Position numbers and translations under genes: made by a program
Assembly: GCA_035559995.1 (NCBI GenBank)
Contig: DATMAM010000009.1
Span: 3,855 to 67,854 of the forward strand
Source: Candidatus Acidiferrales bacterium
Lineage (GTDB): Bacteria > Desulfobacterota > Binatia > UBA9968
Direction of reading: 5' to 3'
DNA length: 64,000 bases
Shown: in pieces, positions 27,002-35,163 of the stretch
How positions within the stretch are numbered: position 1 is the stretch's first letter
How the letters are laid out: each line of letters opens with the position of its first letter
Notes under the pieces: generated by a model
Told to the model about the DNA's origin: nothing
Seen by the model: only the letters and a program-made list of their open reading frames with translations
The model's database searches: none

Positions 27002-28114
27002 ATGGCGCGCAACGGCTTTAAGATCCTCGATAGCGACATGCACGTTTTTGAGCCGCACGACCTCTATCTCAAGTACATGGATCCCAAGTGGGGCGAGCGC
27101 ATTCCCCGCGGCGAGCCGAGAACGAAGCACGGACAGATCAAGTTCAAGCTCGCCGACGGGAGCTTCATGCGCGGATCCTCCAAGGGCCCTCCGGGCGAAG
27201 AGAAAGTCGCTCCCCGCTACGAGCGGGCGCTCAGGCGAAACTACGACGCGGTCTCCCAGCTCGAGGCCATGGACGCGGAAGGGCTGGACGCGGCCGTTCT
27301 CTTTCGCACGTTTCCCCTTCACTGCGACGACACGCTCGAGCCGCAGTACGCCAACGATCTCTGCAAAGCCTGGAACCGTTGGATCGCAGATTTCTGCAAA
27401 GAAAATCCCGCAAGGCTAAAGCCATCGGCGCTCATCACGCTGCACGACGTCGATCTTGCGGTGGAGGAGGCGCGCCGCGCGGCAAATGAGCTCGGCGCCG
27501 TCGGATTTTCCCTGGTGCCGGAGCCGGTGAACGGCCGGCACATTCACGACCGCTACTTCGATCCCTTGTGGCGCGAGGCGGAAAAACTGAACGTGCCCAT
27601 TTGCTTTCATCCGGCGGCGAATCCCAATCAGGAGCAGGTCGCGCGCCGCTTCAATGATCACCCCAACGATATTGTGCTCGTGAACGCCTATCGCAATCCC
27701 ATCGAGCTGATGCTCGCCGTCGGAAGCTTCGCCGCGGGGGGCGTTTTGGAGCGCTTTCCCAAGCTCCGCGTCGCCTTCCTGGAAGGCAACGCCAGCTGGC
27801 TTCCCTGGCTTTTGTATCGGCTGGACGAGCGCTGGGAGCTGAAAAAAGACTACGCTGCGGAGCGGCTTAGTCTGCGGCCGAGCGAATACTTCCTCCGCCA
27901 GGGCTTCATCTCGGTCGACGTGGACGAAGAGCTTGTCGTGGACGTCATCCGGCGAGTGGGCGACGACAACATCGTCATTTCGACCGACTACCCGCACGAC
28001 GACTCGCACTGGCCGAACGCGATCGACACCTTCATGGCGATCGGCGGCATCAGCGACACCTCGCGGCGCAAGATCCTCTGGGACAACTGCGCCCGGCTCT
28101 ATCAGGTAAGATGA
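27002..28114 (+). CDS. Amidohydrolase_2 family protein (paralog 2)
   Basis: ILDSDMHVFEP HxH-like start ... ISTDYPHDD. RBS GGAGGAGG upstream of ATG 27002. Confidence 0.75.
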   Translation: MARNGFKILDSDMHVFEPHDLYLKYMDPKWGERIPRGEPRTKHGQIKFKLADGSFMRGSSKGPPGEEKVAPRYERALRRNYDAVSQLEAMDAEGLDAAVLFRTFPLHCDDTLEPQYANDLCKAWNRWIADFCKENPARLKPSALITLHDVDLAVEEARRAANELGAVGFSLVPEPVNGRHIHDRYFDPLWREAEKLNVPICFHPAANPNQEQVARRFNDHPNDIVLVNAYRNPIELMLAVGSFAAGGVLERFPKLRVAFLEGNASWLPWLLYRLDERWELKKDYAAERLSLRPSEYFLRQGFISVDVDEELVVDVIRRVGDDNIVISTDYPHDDSHWPNAIDTFMAIGGISDTSRRKILWDNCARLYQVR

Positions 28115-28141
28115 ACCGCAAAAGCCCGCGCCGCGATCCGC

Positions 28142-28897
28142 TCAGCGCGACGGCAGCGCGAGAGCCTTCCTGGGGCTCCCGAACAGTCGGACAAGCTCGC
28201 CGAAGACGCGGTCGCTGAGCTCATGAAGGCGCCGGATATGTCTCGGCGTTTCCGCTTCGATTCGCGCGGGATCGATCTTTCCCGAAAGACCGGCGATCTC
28301 GTTTCGATTTTCCTCCACCCTGAGCCACCGCCTGATCATCGCCTCGTCCACCTCGAGGTGAAACTGAAGCCCGTAGACGCGCGTTCCGTAGCGAAAAGCC
28401 TGATGGGCGCAAAGATCGGAATAGGCCAACTGCACAGCGCCTCTCGGCATATCGAACGTGTCGCCGTGCCACTGAAAGACCTTCTCCGTGCCGTGAAACT
28501 GCGCCAGAAGCGGATCGCTTTCGGCTTGCTCCGTCGGGGTCACATCGTACCAGCCGATCTCCTTTTCCCGATTTGGGTACACGTCGGCGCCGAGCGTTTT
28601 CGCGATCAATTGAGCGCCCAGGCAGATCCCCAATACCCCAAGCTCTCGTTTCATGGCCTCCTCGATCAGCCTGAGTTCGGTCGTGAGATGAGGCCACCGA
28701 TCGGTGTCGTAGGCGCTCATGGGCCCGCCAAGAACGACCAGGCCGTGGTAGCCTTCCAGGGCGGGCTCGGCATCCGGGTGGCGGCCGAAGTTTACGTAAC
28801 GAATGCGAAAGCCCGCCCGCTTGAGGAGCGGATTCAAGGTCCCGAGAATCTCGTGCGGGACATGCTGGAAGACCAATAATTTTTTCACGCTCTCCAT
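28142..28897 (-). CDS. Class I glutamine amidotransferase-like protein
   Basis: GATase1 catalytic Cys (LGICLGAQL), His/Glu near the C-terminus (QFHLEVDE). Confidence 0.7.
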   Translation of the reverse strand: MESVKKLLVFQHVPHEILGTLNPLLKRAGFRIRYVNFGRHPDAEPALEGYHGLVVLGGPMSAYDTDRWPHLTTELRLIEEAMKRELGVLGICLGAQLIAKTLGADVYPNREKEIGWYDVTPTEQAESDPLLAQFHGTEKVFQWHGDTFDMPRGAVQLAYSDLCAHQAFRYGTRVYGLQFHLEVDEAMIRRWLRVEENRNEIAGLSGKIDPARIEAETPRHIRRLHELSDRVFGELVRLFGSPRKALALPSR

Positions 28898-29202
28898 CGC
28901 GCGCCGCGCCAACCGCGACCGGGCCTATCTCCCGCCAGCACCCCCCCGGCGCCAGAGCCGAAAGCCGCGATCGATCCGGTCGGCGCATTTTGCGGGCTCG
29001 TTTACGGCATTGAGATCCGCCTGCGCAAGGTCGCCGCCCCAAGCCCGCTCGGGACGACGCGACACGATCGGCCTCATGGTCACTCTTTCGCCGCCCCTTC
29101 GTCGAAGAGAAGGTCCACGAAGAACATCGCGGCGTGTGGATGCGAGAATTTCTCGGCCGACGCTGGCACGATTGCTTTTTCGATCGCCGGACTGCCGCGC
29201 CT

Positions 29203-30390
29203 TCAGGGCGCGGCGCCCAGCAGCCGCGGCCCGTAAAGCTTTACGGCATTGTCCCAAAGGATCTTCCGTTTCGCTTCTTCGGAAATCGGCTGTGCCGCGA
29301 ATTCGGGAAGCGCTCTCTCGGGCCGGATTCCATCGAGATGCGGGTAATCGGTATTCCAGACGATGTTCTCCCCCTTGAGATGCTCCACGGCGTACTTGAG
29401 CGCCGGCTCATCGCTGTCGCACGCGACCGCGCACTGGCGCAGAAAGTACTCGCTCGGCAGCATCGTTAGATTTTTCGGCTTTCCCATAATGCTGTACCGC
29501 CCGTGGCTGTGCACGTCCATGCGGCCCAGCCAGAAAGGAAGCCAGCCGGCGTTGGACTCGAGAATGGCGAGCCGGAGCTTCGGAAATCGCTCGAGGATGC
29601 CGGTGAAAATGAAATGCGCCAGGGTTGCCATATTGTCGCACGGAAAGCCGATCGCGTGATCGACGCCGCGGAGCGCCTGAAAATCATGCTGCGCGCTCTC
29701 CTCCGCTCCCGCGGCCTCCAGCGCGCGAAATCCCCTGAACGGCTGCACGCGGTAGCGATACTCGCCGTGCACCGCAACGGGAAAGTCTAAATCCGACGCG
29801 AGCCGCCAGAGCGCGTCGTATTCTCTTTCGTGCAGCCACTTGCCCTCCGGCAAGAGCGGGTTTCTCACGGAAACGGCGCCGAGACCTGCCGCGGCGCGCC
29901 GCGCTTCGGCCACCATGCTTGCCGCGTCCGAGCCCGGGATGACGGCGATAAACTTGAGCCGCTTGGAATCGGCGCTGCAGTAGTCGCGCGCCCAATTGTT
30001 GTATGCGCGGCAGAGGGCGGCCCCGAGCTCGGCATCCTTCAACGCTACCGTGCAGCCGAAGTTGCCGTTGCTGCCGGTCGGGAGCAGCACCTGGATATCC
30101 CAGCCGAAGCGGTCCATGTCCTTGAGCCGGGTCTGAGGCGCCCACCACGTTCGGTAAGCTTCGCCGTACTTTTCCTCCATGATCTTGAACGAATCCTTCG
30201 GCGGCCCTTTGAGCTGCTTTTCGTCCCCGGGAACGATTTTACCGTCCGGCTGGTAAACCATAAACGTGCCGCTCATGTAAGCGACTTTGGGAGCGCGCGC
30301 GCGATACTCGGGCTCGACATAACGGTCCCACATGTCCTTCGGCTCGTGCATGTGCGCGTCCGCGTCAACCACTCTGTATCCGTTCCACAT
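29203..30390 (-). CDS. Amidohydrolase_2 family protein (paralog 3)
   Basis: VVDADAHMHEP ... WNTDYPHLDG. Confidence 0.75.
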   Translation of the reverse strand: MWNGYRVVDADAHMHEPKDMWDRYVEPEYRARAPKVAYMSGTFMVYQPDGKIVPGDEKQLKGPPKDSFKIMEEKYGEAYRTWWAPQTRLKDMDRFGWDIQVLLPTGSNGNFGCTVALKDAELGAALCRAYNNWARDYCSADSKRLKFIAVIPGSDAASMVAEARRAAAGLGAVSVRNPLLPEGKWLHEREYDALWRLASDLDFPVAVHGEYRYRVQPFRGFRALEAAGAEESAQHDFQALRGVDHAIGFPCDNMATLAHFIFTGILERFPKLRLAILESNAGWLPFWLGRMDVHSHGRYSIMGKPKNLTMLPSEYFLRQCAVACDSDEPALKYAVEHLKGENIVWNTDYPHLDGIRPERALPEFAAQPISEEAKRKILWDNAVKLYGPRLLGAAP

Positions 30391-30558
30391 GTCTTATTTC
30401 CTTTCAGCTTGGGCTATAACACAGCGCCGTTTCGAGCGTCAATTTTCATGCGCGCCAGCGAATCGTTTTGTAGACGCCTCTGTGCCTAAAAGATACGCTC
30501 GCGCTCGGCGCGGTAGCGTTTTTGCTCAGGATGGCTCGGCAAATTCGCGGCACCAGAT

Positions 30559-30574
30559 TGGCACGTTCTCTGCT
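30559..30574 (+). promoter_or_regulatory. Sigma-54 (RpoN) -24/-12 promoter TGGCACG-N4-CTGCT
   Basis: GG and GC dinucleotides at the consensus 10-nt spacing (TGGCACGttctcTGCt). Sits about 58 nt upstream of the small ORF start; coordinates cross-checked against a track ORF. Confidence 0.45.
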
Positions 30575-30632
30575 CTACAGGAAAGCAAATGATCAGCTCG
30601 AAAAAAACAATCCAGAAAGGAGGTGAAATCGC

Positions 30633-30779
30633 ATGAAGATTGGAACGTCATTGGTCGCAGCGCTGATGTTCGCCGCCAGTCTCGCCGCGGCCGCGGCTCC
30701 CGCACGCGCCGGGGATGAGACCCTGTCGGGCCAGGCGCGCGCTCAGGAGACCCGCAAACAGAAGTACGAGCAGGAGTAG
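30633..30779 (+). CDS. 48-aa secreted/periplasmic small protein (signal peptide plus highly charged 22-aa mature part)
   Basis: MKIGTSLVAALMFAASLAAAAAPARA|GDETLSGQARAQETRKQKYEQE. RBS AAGGAGGTG 7 nt upstream. Below the 60-aa cutoff of the ORF track. Confidence 0.5.
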   Translation: MKIGTSLVAALMFAASLAAAAAPARAGDETLSGQARAQETRKQKYEQE

Positions 30780-30804
30780 CCGAGCGATACGTTAACGGAA
30801 CGAA

Positions 30805-30838
30805 GAGGAGGGAATCCTGCCCTCCTCTTTCGCTTTCC
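30805..30838 (+). terminator. Rho-independent terminator (GAGGAGGG-aatcctg-CCCTCCTC plus TTTCGCTTTCC)
   Basis: 8-bp GC-rich stem, 7-nt loop and T-rich tail 26 nt after the small-ORF stop. Confidence 0.6.
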
Positions 30839-30908
30839 TTAGGCAATTCCTGCGCGCGGCAGAACTGGCGCGGGCCCTCCGGCTTCACCGGTGAGCCATA
30901 TTGAGCAC

Positions 30909-31430
30909 CTACACCAGACGCGCCAAAACTTCGGCAGGAACCCTCTCGCGGAGGTGCGGGTGAGCTTCGAGCAGGCGCGCGATATCAGCGAGGTCTTTTT
31001 GCCGCTTGCTGGGCGGGCGGGCAGGGTCGAGAACCGCCCAGATTTTGCCTTGAAGAACATCCTCAAGGCTGGCGACGGGCAACTGAACCCCGAGGATCTC
31101 ACGCACGGTCGCACCAGCCAGGAATATCTCGTAACGGGGATCGGTCTGAATCTGGACGCGCAAATCAGACCCGGACGCGGACACATTAATGCTGTGAGGA
31201 AACCGTTCAATCTTGAACTCCTGCCCTAATACCTCCTCAGCCTTCGCGAGTTGGTTCACGGCGATAACAATATCCAGATCAAGGCTGACCACCGGTTCTG
31301 CATACGCATTGACGCCTTGTCCGCCAACGACACAATAACGAATCCTGTGGTGAGTTAGCAGCTCAATCAAGCGACTCAGAAAGTCTGACCGATCAGCTAC
31401 CACGGCTCTCCAGAAAGCTTCTGCTCGCAT
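30909..31430 (-). CDS. Minimal nucleotidyltransferase-fold protein (Pol-beta superfamily; G-G-x(n)-D-x-D motif)
   Basis: YCVVGGQGVNAYAEPVVSLDLDIVIA matches the MNT/Pol-beta signature hG[GS]x9-13Dh[DE]h; 173 aa with ~100 extra C-terminal residues. Confidence 0.5.
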   Translation of the reverse strand: MRAEAFWRAVVADRSDFLSRLIELLTHHRIRYCVVGGQGVNAYAEPVVSLDLDIVIAVNQLAKAEEVLGQEFKIERFPHSINVSASGSDLRVQIQTDPRYEIFLAGATVREILGVQLPVASLEDVLQGKIWAVLDPARPPSKRQKDLADIARLLEAHPHLRERVPAEVLARLV

Positions 31431-31647
31431 ACCAAATCCCGTTCATAAAACAATACTTTTGCTGACAGCCATCGTACCAGGACGCGGGGCGCCCGGCAAT
31501 TTTCGCCGCATTGCGCAGACAGCACGCAGGTCGTGCGTTCGGAGTAGAAAAAGACTCCGGGCTCGTGTAACGGTTGTTTCGGCGGCGTTTTTGGCAGGCT
31601 TGCTTTCTTCAGATTGTCCGTAGACGTACCCCTCATCGAGGCGCGGC

Positions 31648-34600
31648 TTACACTCTCATCAGCACCGCCGCAACCGGCGCGCTCGTGGCGGCCTGAACGG
31701 CTGCGGCGTACATCCCGACCTGCCGGCGGTATGCGGCATCCTTTTCGCTCAACTCCTCGTCCGTCTTGAAATCGACGACCGTCCAGAGCCCGCTCCGCTC
31801 GAAGGCGAGATCGATCACGCCCTCGATAAGCTCGCCGTTGTCGCGCCACGCGACAGGCACCTCCCGGCGGCACTTTCCCTGCTGAGCGGCGCTGCGCGCG
31901 GCGAGCAAAAGCGGATGCGCCAGCGCCGCGCGCGCGATTGCCGACGCCGAAGCGATCTCGGCTTCGCTGGCGCCGAGAACGCGACCGTGAAGGGTCGAAA
32001 GTCGCCGGATCGCGTCCGGGTCGCCGCCCAGGGGCACGGTCGCCAGAACGGCGTGCACGAGCGCGCCGAAGCGGCGGCCCGTCGGGCGCGCGCCGGCGCG
32101 CGGGAGCGCGACAACTTCTACATCGGGAAACTTGCCCCGCGGCGCTTCATCCCCGCCGGTTCGCGCTTCCTGCGTTACGGTTCGGACCGCAACCGAGCTC
32201 CGGCTGCCGGCGGCAACGGCCCCGTCGCGCCGCTGGCGCCACGAGTTGTAAGCCGCAAGGCCCGCCTCGACGACCTCCGGCGCCACGTCCCTCACGATCA
32301 GCTCCGGCCGCCGGACGCCGAGCGGAGCCTCCGCGCCCAGTTTTAACAGGCTCGGGTCCCACCAGACGACCGAGAACTCAGGCCCGCAGGAGCCGGCTTT
32401 GACCGCGTGCAGCCCGGGGCAAACCGTGCTCGCTCCAGGCGCAGTCGCGCCCGGCCGAACTAAGACGGAATCCTTTGACTTAAACCGCGGGCAACCGGGG
32501 GCTTGCGTCTGCTTTCGCCTCGCCGCGAGCGGCGGATAGACGGCCCGGTTCAGCGGCTGGATCCAGCCGTCTCTCTCGCCGTCGCCCACGGCAGGCACGA
32601 CCAGCAAGTCGCGCGCGCGCGTTGCGGCGACGTACGCGACGCGCACGCCTTCCGCCTCGTCGCGGACGAGTTCCTCCTCTTGGTGCTCCAGTAAATCGCT
32701 CGGCGCGCACCCGCCGAGCCGTAGCGCGCAGATCCGGCGCTCGGGATCGATGTAGCGCGCCGCGGCGGATGCGCGGAGCCTCGCCGTCATGTCGGCGAGA
32801 ATCACCACGGGGAATTCCAGACCCTTGGCTTTATGCACCGTCATCAGGCGCACGCCGTCGCTTCCTTCCTCGAGGATCGGCGCTTCCGCAGCCTCGCCGC
32901 TTTCGGCCTGCTTCCGCAGCTCGTCAATGAAACCGCGAAACGAGATGCCGCCTTCGGCCTCGTAAAAGCGCGCGAGATCGGCCACGCGCAACACGTTGGC
33001 GAGCACCTGCTCGCCGTTATGCTCGAGCGCAAAGCCCACGTGCGCCCGCGTGGCTTCGAGCAAGGAGGTGATCGTCGCCGCAACCGGCACGCGATTGCGC
33101 GAGCGATGAAGCCCCTGCAAGAGCTTTAGCGCTTCGACGATCGGCTGCAGATTGGGCGGACAGGAATTCGGGATGCGAAACGGGTGAAAGCGGCCGATGC
33201 GATGGCGGTATTCGAGCAGCTCTTCGTCTGCGATCGCAAACAGCGACCCGCGCAAGGTCGCGAACAGCGAAAGCTCGTCGTCGGGCCACTCGATCGCCGC
33301 GAGCGCCGCGCGCAGGGTCTCGATCTCCGCGCGATTGTGGAACGAGCGGCCGCCGACCAGAAGGTGGGGAATGCCGCGCGCTTCCAGCGCCTCGACGTAA
33401 GGCCGGGTCACGTCCTCCTGGTAGCTGATGAAACGGCGAAACAGAAGGCATATATGGCGCGGTTGGATCGGCACCGGATGCTCCGCTGCGCCGGGCTTAA
33501 AGGCGCCGGGCGCGACAGACGGCTGAAAAACCACCGGCCGCTCGGCGACCTTCCACCCGCTTTCCCGAACGAGCCATTCGACGAAGGCGCCGACGGCATC
33601 GGGAAGCGACTTCTCGATGGCGCTGTTGGAGACGTTCACCTGCCCGTACGGCTCGGGCACGGGGAGCACGACAACGCTCGGCCGCTCTTCGGCCTCGCTC
33701 CGAAAAGGCTCCAGCGGCACGTAGGCGGCTTGCAAGCTTTCACGGTCGCCGGTCATCGCCGGCTCAAACGCGGCATTGATCACGCGCTGGATATTCGGGC
33801 GCGCGCGAAAGCTGGTACCGAGGGTGACGCGCTGAGCGCCGGCCGCCTCGAGCATCTCGTACACGGCGCGGTAAACGCCCACGTCGGCGCGGCGGAAGCG
33901 ATAAATCGACTGCTTCGGATCGCCGACCAGGAAGAGTTTTCCGCGGACCGGACAAACCGCGCGCCAGTTCGTCGCGCCGGGATCGTCGGCCGCGAGCAGC
34001 AGCAGGATTTCGGCCTGGAGCGGGTCGGTGTCCTGAAACTCATCGACAAATATTCTCTTGAAGCGTTTCTGAAAGCTCGCGCGCACCTCGGCATCGTCCC
34101 GGATCAGGTCTCGTGTCTTGAGCAGGAGATCGAGAAAATCGAGCGCGCCGGCCCTGGCCTTTGCAGCCTCATACGCGCCGGCCAAGCCGCGCAGCTCGTC
34201 GCGCAGCGCCGCGGCCAGATCGGTGTTCGCATCCGCCTCGAAGGCGCTCAAGGCGCCGTTGAGCTCTTCGTACGCCTGCCAGACCTTCTCGCGCGGAAGC
34301 CCGCTCCGATAATATTCGCCGCGGCCTTTGCGCGCGGTTCTAAATCTGGGATTGCGCGCCAGTTCGATCAGGCCGGCCTCGAGCCGGTCGTAGTCGCGCG
34401 CCGCAACCGATTCGGTACGGCGGATCTCGTCGGCGAGCTTTCTCGCCGGCCAGGTATCGGCGTAGAGCGTGTCGTAGCCGGGGCCGGGCGGCTCCAGCAG
34501 CGCAACGAAGCCGCCCAAGAGCCCGACGAGCTCGTCGACGCGCCCGGCGCGCTCGAACGGCACGCGCCGCCAGTCGCCGTCGAAATCGCGCCATTGGATA

Positions 34601-35163
34601 AGCTCCCACCCGGCGCGCCGCAGCCGGTCGATCGGGCCGTCATCGCGCTCCGCAAACCCGCCGGACGTCGGGCGGCGAAGCGCGCGCTTTACGCCTTCTT
34701 TCGGATCGGAGAGCTCGATTTCCAGCCATTTTTGAAACGCCTCGTCGTAAAGCCGCGCGGCCTGCGCCTCGGTGAGCACCGTAAAGAGCGGATCGATGCG
34801 CGCCTCGACCGGGCGCTCGCGCAGAAGATCGGCGCAAAAGCCGTGAATCGTGCTGACCTCGGCTTCCTCGAGCCTTCCGAGAGCGGCGTCCAGACGGCTG
34901 CGCTCCGCCGATCCGCTTTGCGATCCGGTCCTTGCCTCTTCGAGTCCCTCGCGGAGCCGGAGTTTGAGCTCGCCCGCCGCCTTTTCCGTGAAGGTGACGG
35001 CGACGATCTCCGTCACCTCGGCCCGCCCGGTCTCGATGACGCGCACGATGCGCCGGACCAGCTCCGTCGTCTTGCCGGTACCGGCGGCGGCCTCCACGAT
35101 CAGCGTCTCGTCGAGCGCCGTGGCGATCAGGTCGCGCGCAGGTTGATCCGCAAGCGCCGGCAT
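31648..35163 (-). CDS. addA: ATP-dependent helicase/nuclease subunit A (UvrD-like helicase plus C-terminal PD-(D/E)xK nuclease)
   Basis: Walker A AAAGTGKT and UvrD motifs. C-terminal RecB-type nuclease (GVIDLAFE...VVDFKTDE). Start ATG 35163 overlaps the upstream stop (ATGA). Confidence 0.8.
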   Translation of the reverse strand: MPALADQPARDLIATALDETLIVEAAAGTGKTTELVRRIVRVIETGRAEVTEIVAVTFTEKAAGELKLRLREGLEEARTGSQSGSAERSRLDAALGRLEEAEVSTIHGFCADLLRERPVEARIDPLFTVLTEAQAARLYDEAFQKWLEIELSDPKEGVKRALRRPTSGGFAERDDGPIDRLRRAGWELIQWRDFDGDWRRVPFERAGRVDELVGLLGGFVALLEPPGPGYDTLYADTWPARKLADEIRRTESVAARDYDRLEAGLIELARNPRFRTARKGRGEYYRSGLPREKVWQAYEELNGALSAFEADANTDLAAALRDELRGLAGAYEAAKARAGALDFLDLLLKTRDLIRDDAEVRASFQKRFKRIFVDEFQDTDPLQAEILLLLAADDPGATNWRAVCPVRGKLFLVGDPKQSIYRFRRADVGVYRAVYEMLEAAGAQRVTLGTSFRARPNIQRVINAAFEPAMTGDRESLQAAYVPLEPFRSEAEERPSVVVLPVPEPYGQVNVSNSAIEKSLPDAVGAFVEWLVRESGWKVAERPVVFQPSVAPGAFKPGAAEHPVPIQPRHICLLFRRFISYQEDVTRPYVEALEARGIPHLLVGGRSFHNRAEIETLRAALAAIEWPDDELSLFATLRGSLFAIADEELLEYRHRIGRFHPFRIPNSCPPNLQPIVEALKLLQGLHRSRNRVPVAATITSLLEATRAHVGFALEHNGEQVLANVLRVADLARFYEAEGGISFRGFIDELRKQAESGEAAEAPILEEGSDGVRLMTVHKAKGLEFPVVILADMTARLRASAAARYIDPERRICALRLGGCAPSDLLEHQEEELVRDEAEGVRVAYVAATRARDLLVVPAVGDGERDGWIQPLNRAVYPPLAARRKQTQAPGCPRFKSKDSVLVRPGATAPGASTVCPGLHAVKAGSCGPEFSVVWWDPSLLKLGAEAPLGVRRPELIVRDVAPEVVEAGLAAYNSWRQRRDGAVAAGSRSSVAVRTVTQEARTGGDEAPRGKFPDVEVVALPRAGARPTGRRFGALVHAVLATVPLGGDPDAIRRLSTLHGRVLGASEAEIASASAIARAALAHPLLLAARSAAQQGKCRREVPVAWRDNGELIEGVIDLAFERSGLWTVVDFKTDEELSEKDAAYRRQVGMYAAAVQAATSAPVAAVLMRV

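Noticed and set aside
31400-31627. 75-codon minus-strand ORF (MRGTSTDNLKK...VLVRWLSAKVLFYERDL) upstream of the nucleotidyltransferase gene as a possible TA partner
   Set aside because: It is the tail of a larger spurious frame, has low-complexity N-terminal composition, no SD and no HEPN Rx4-6H motif.
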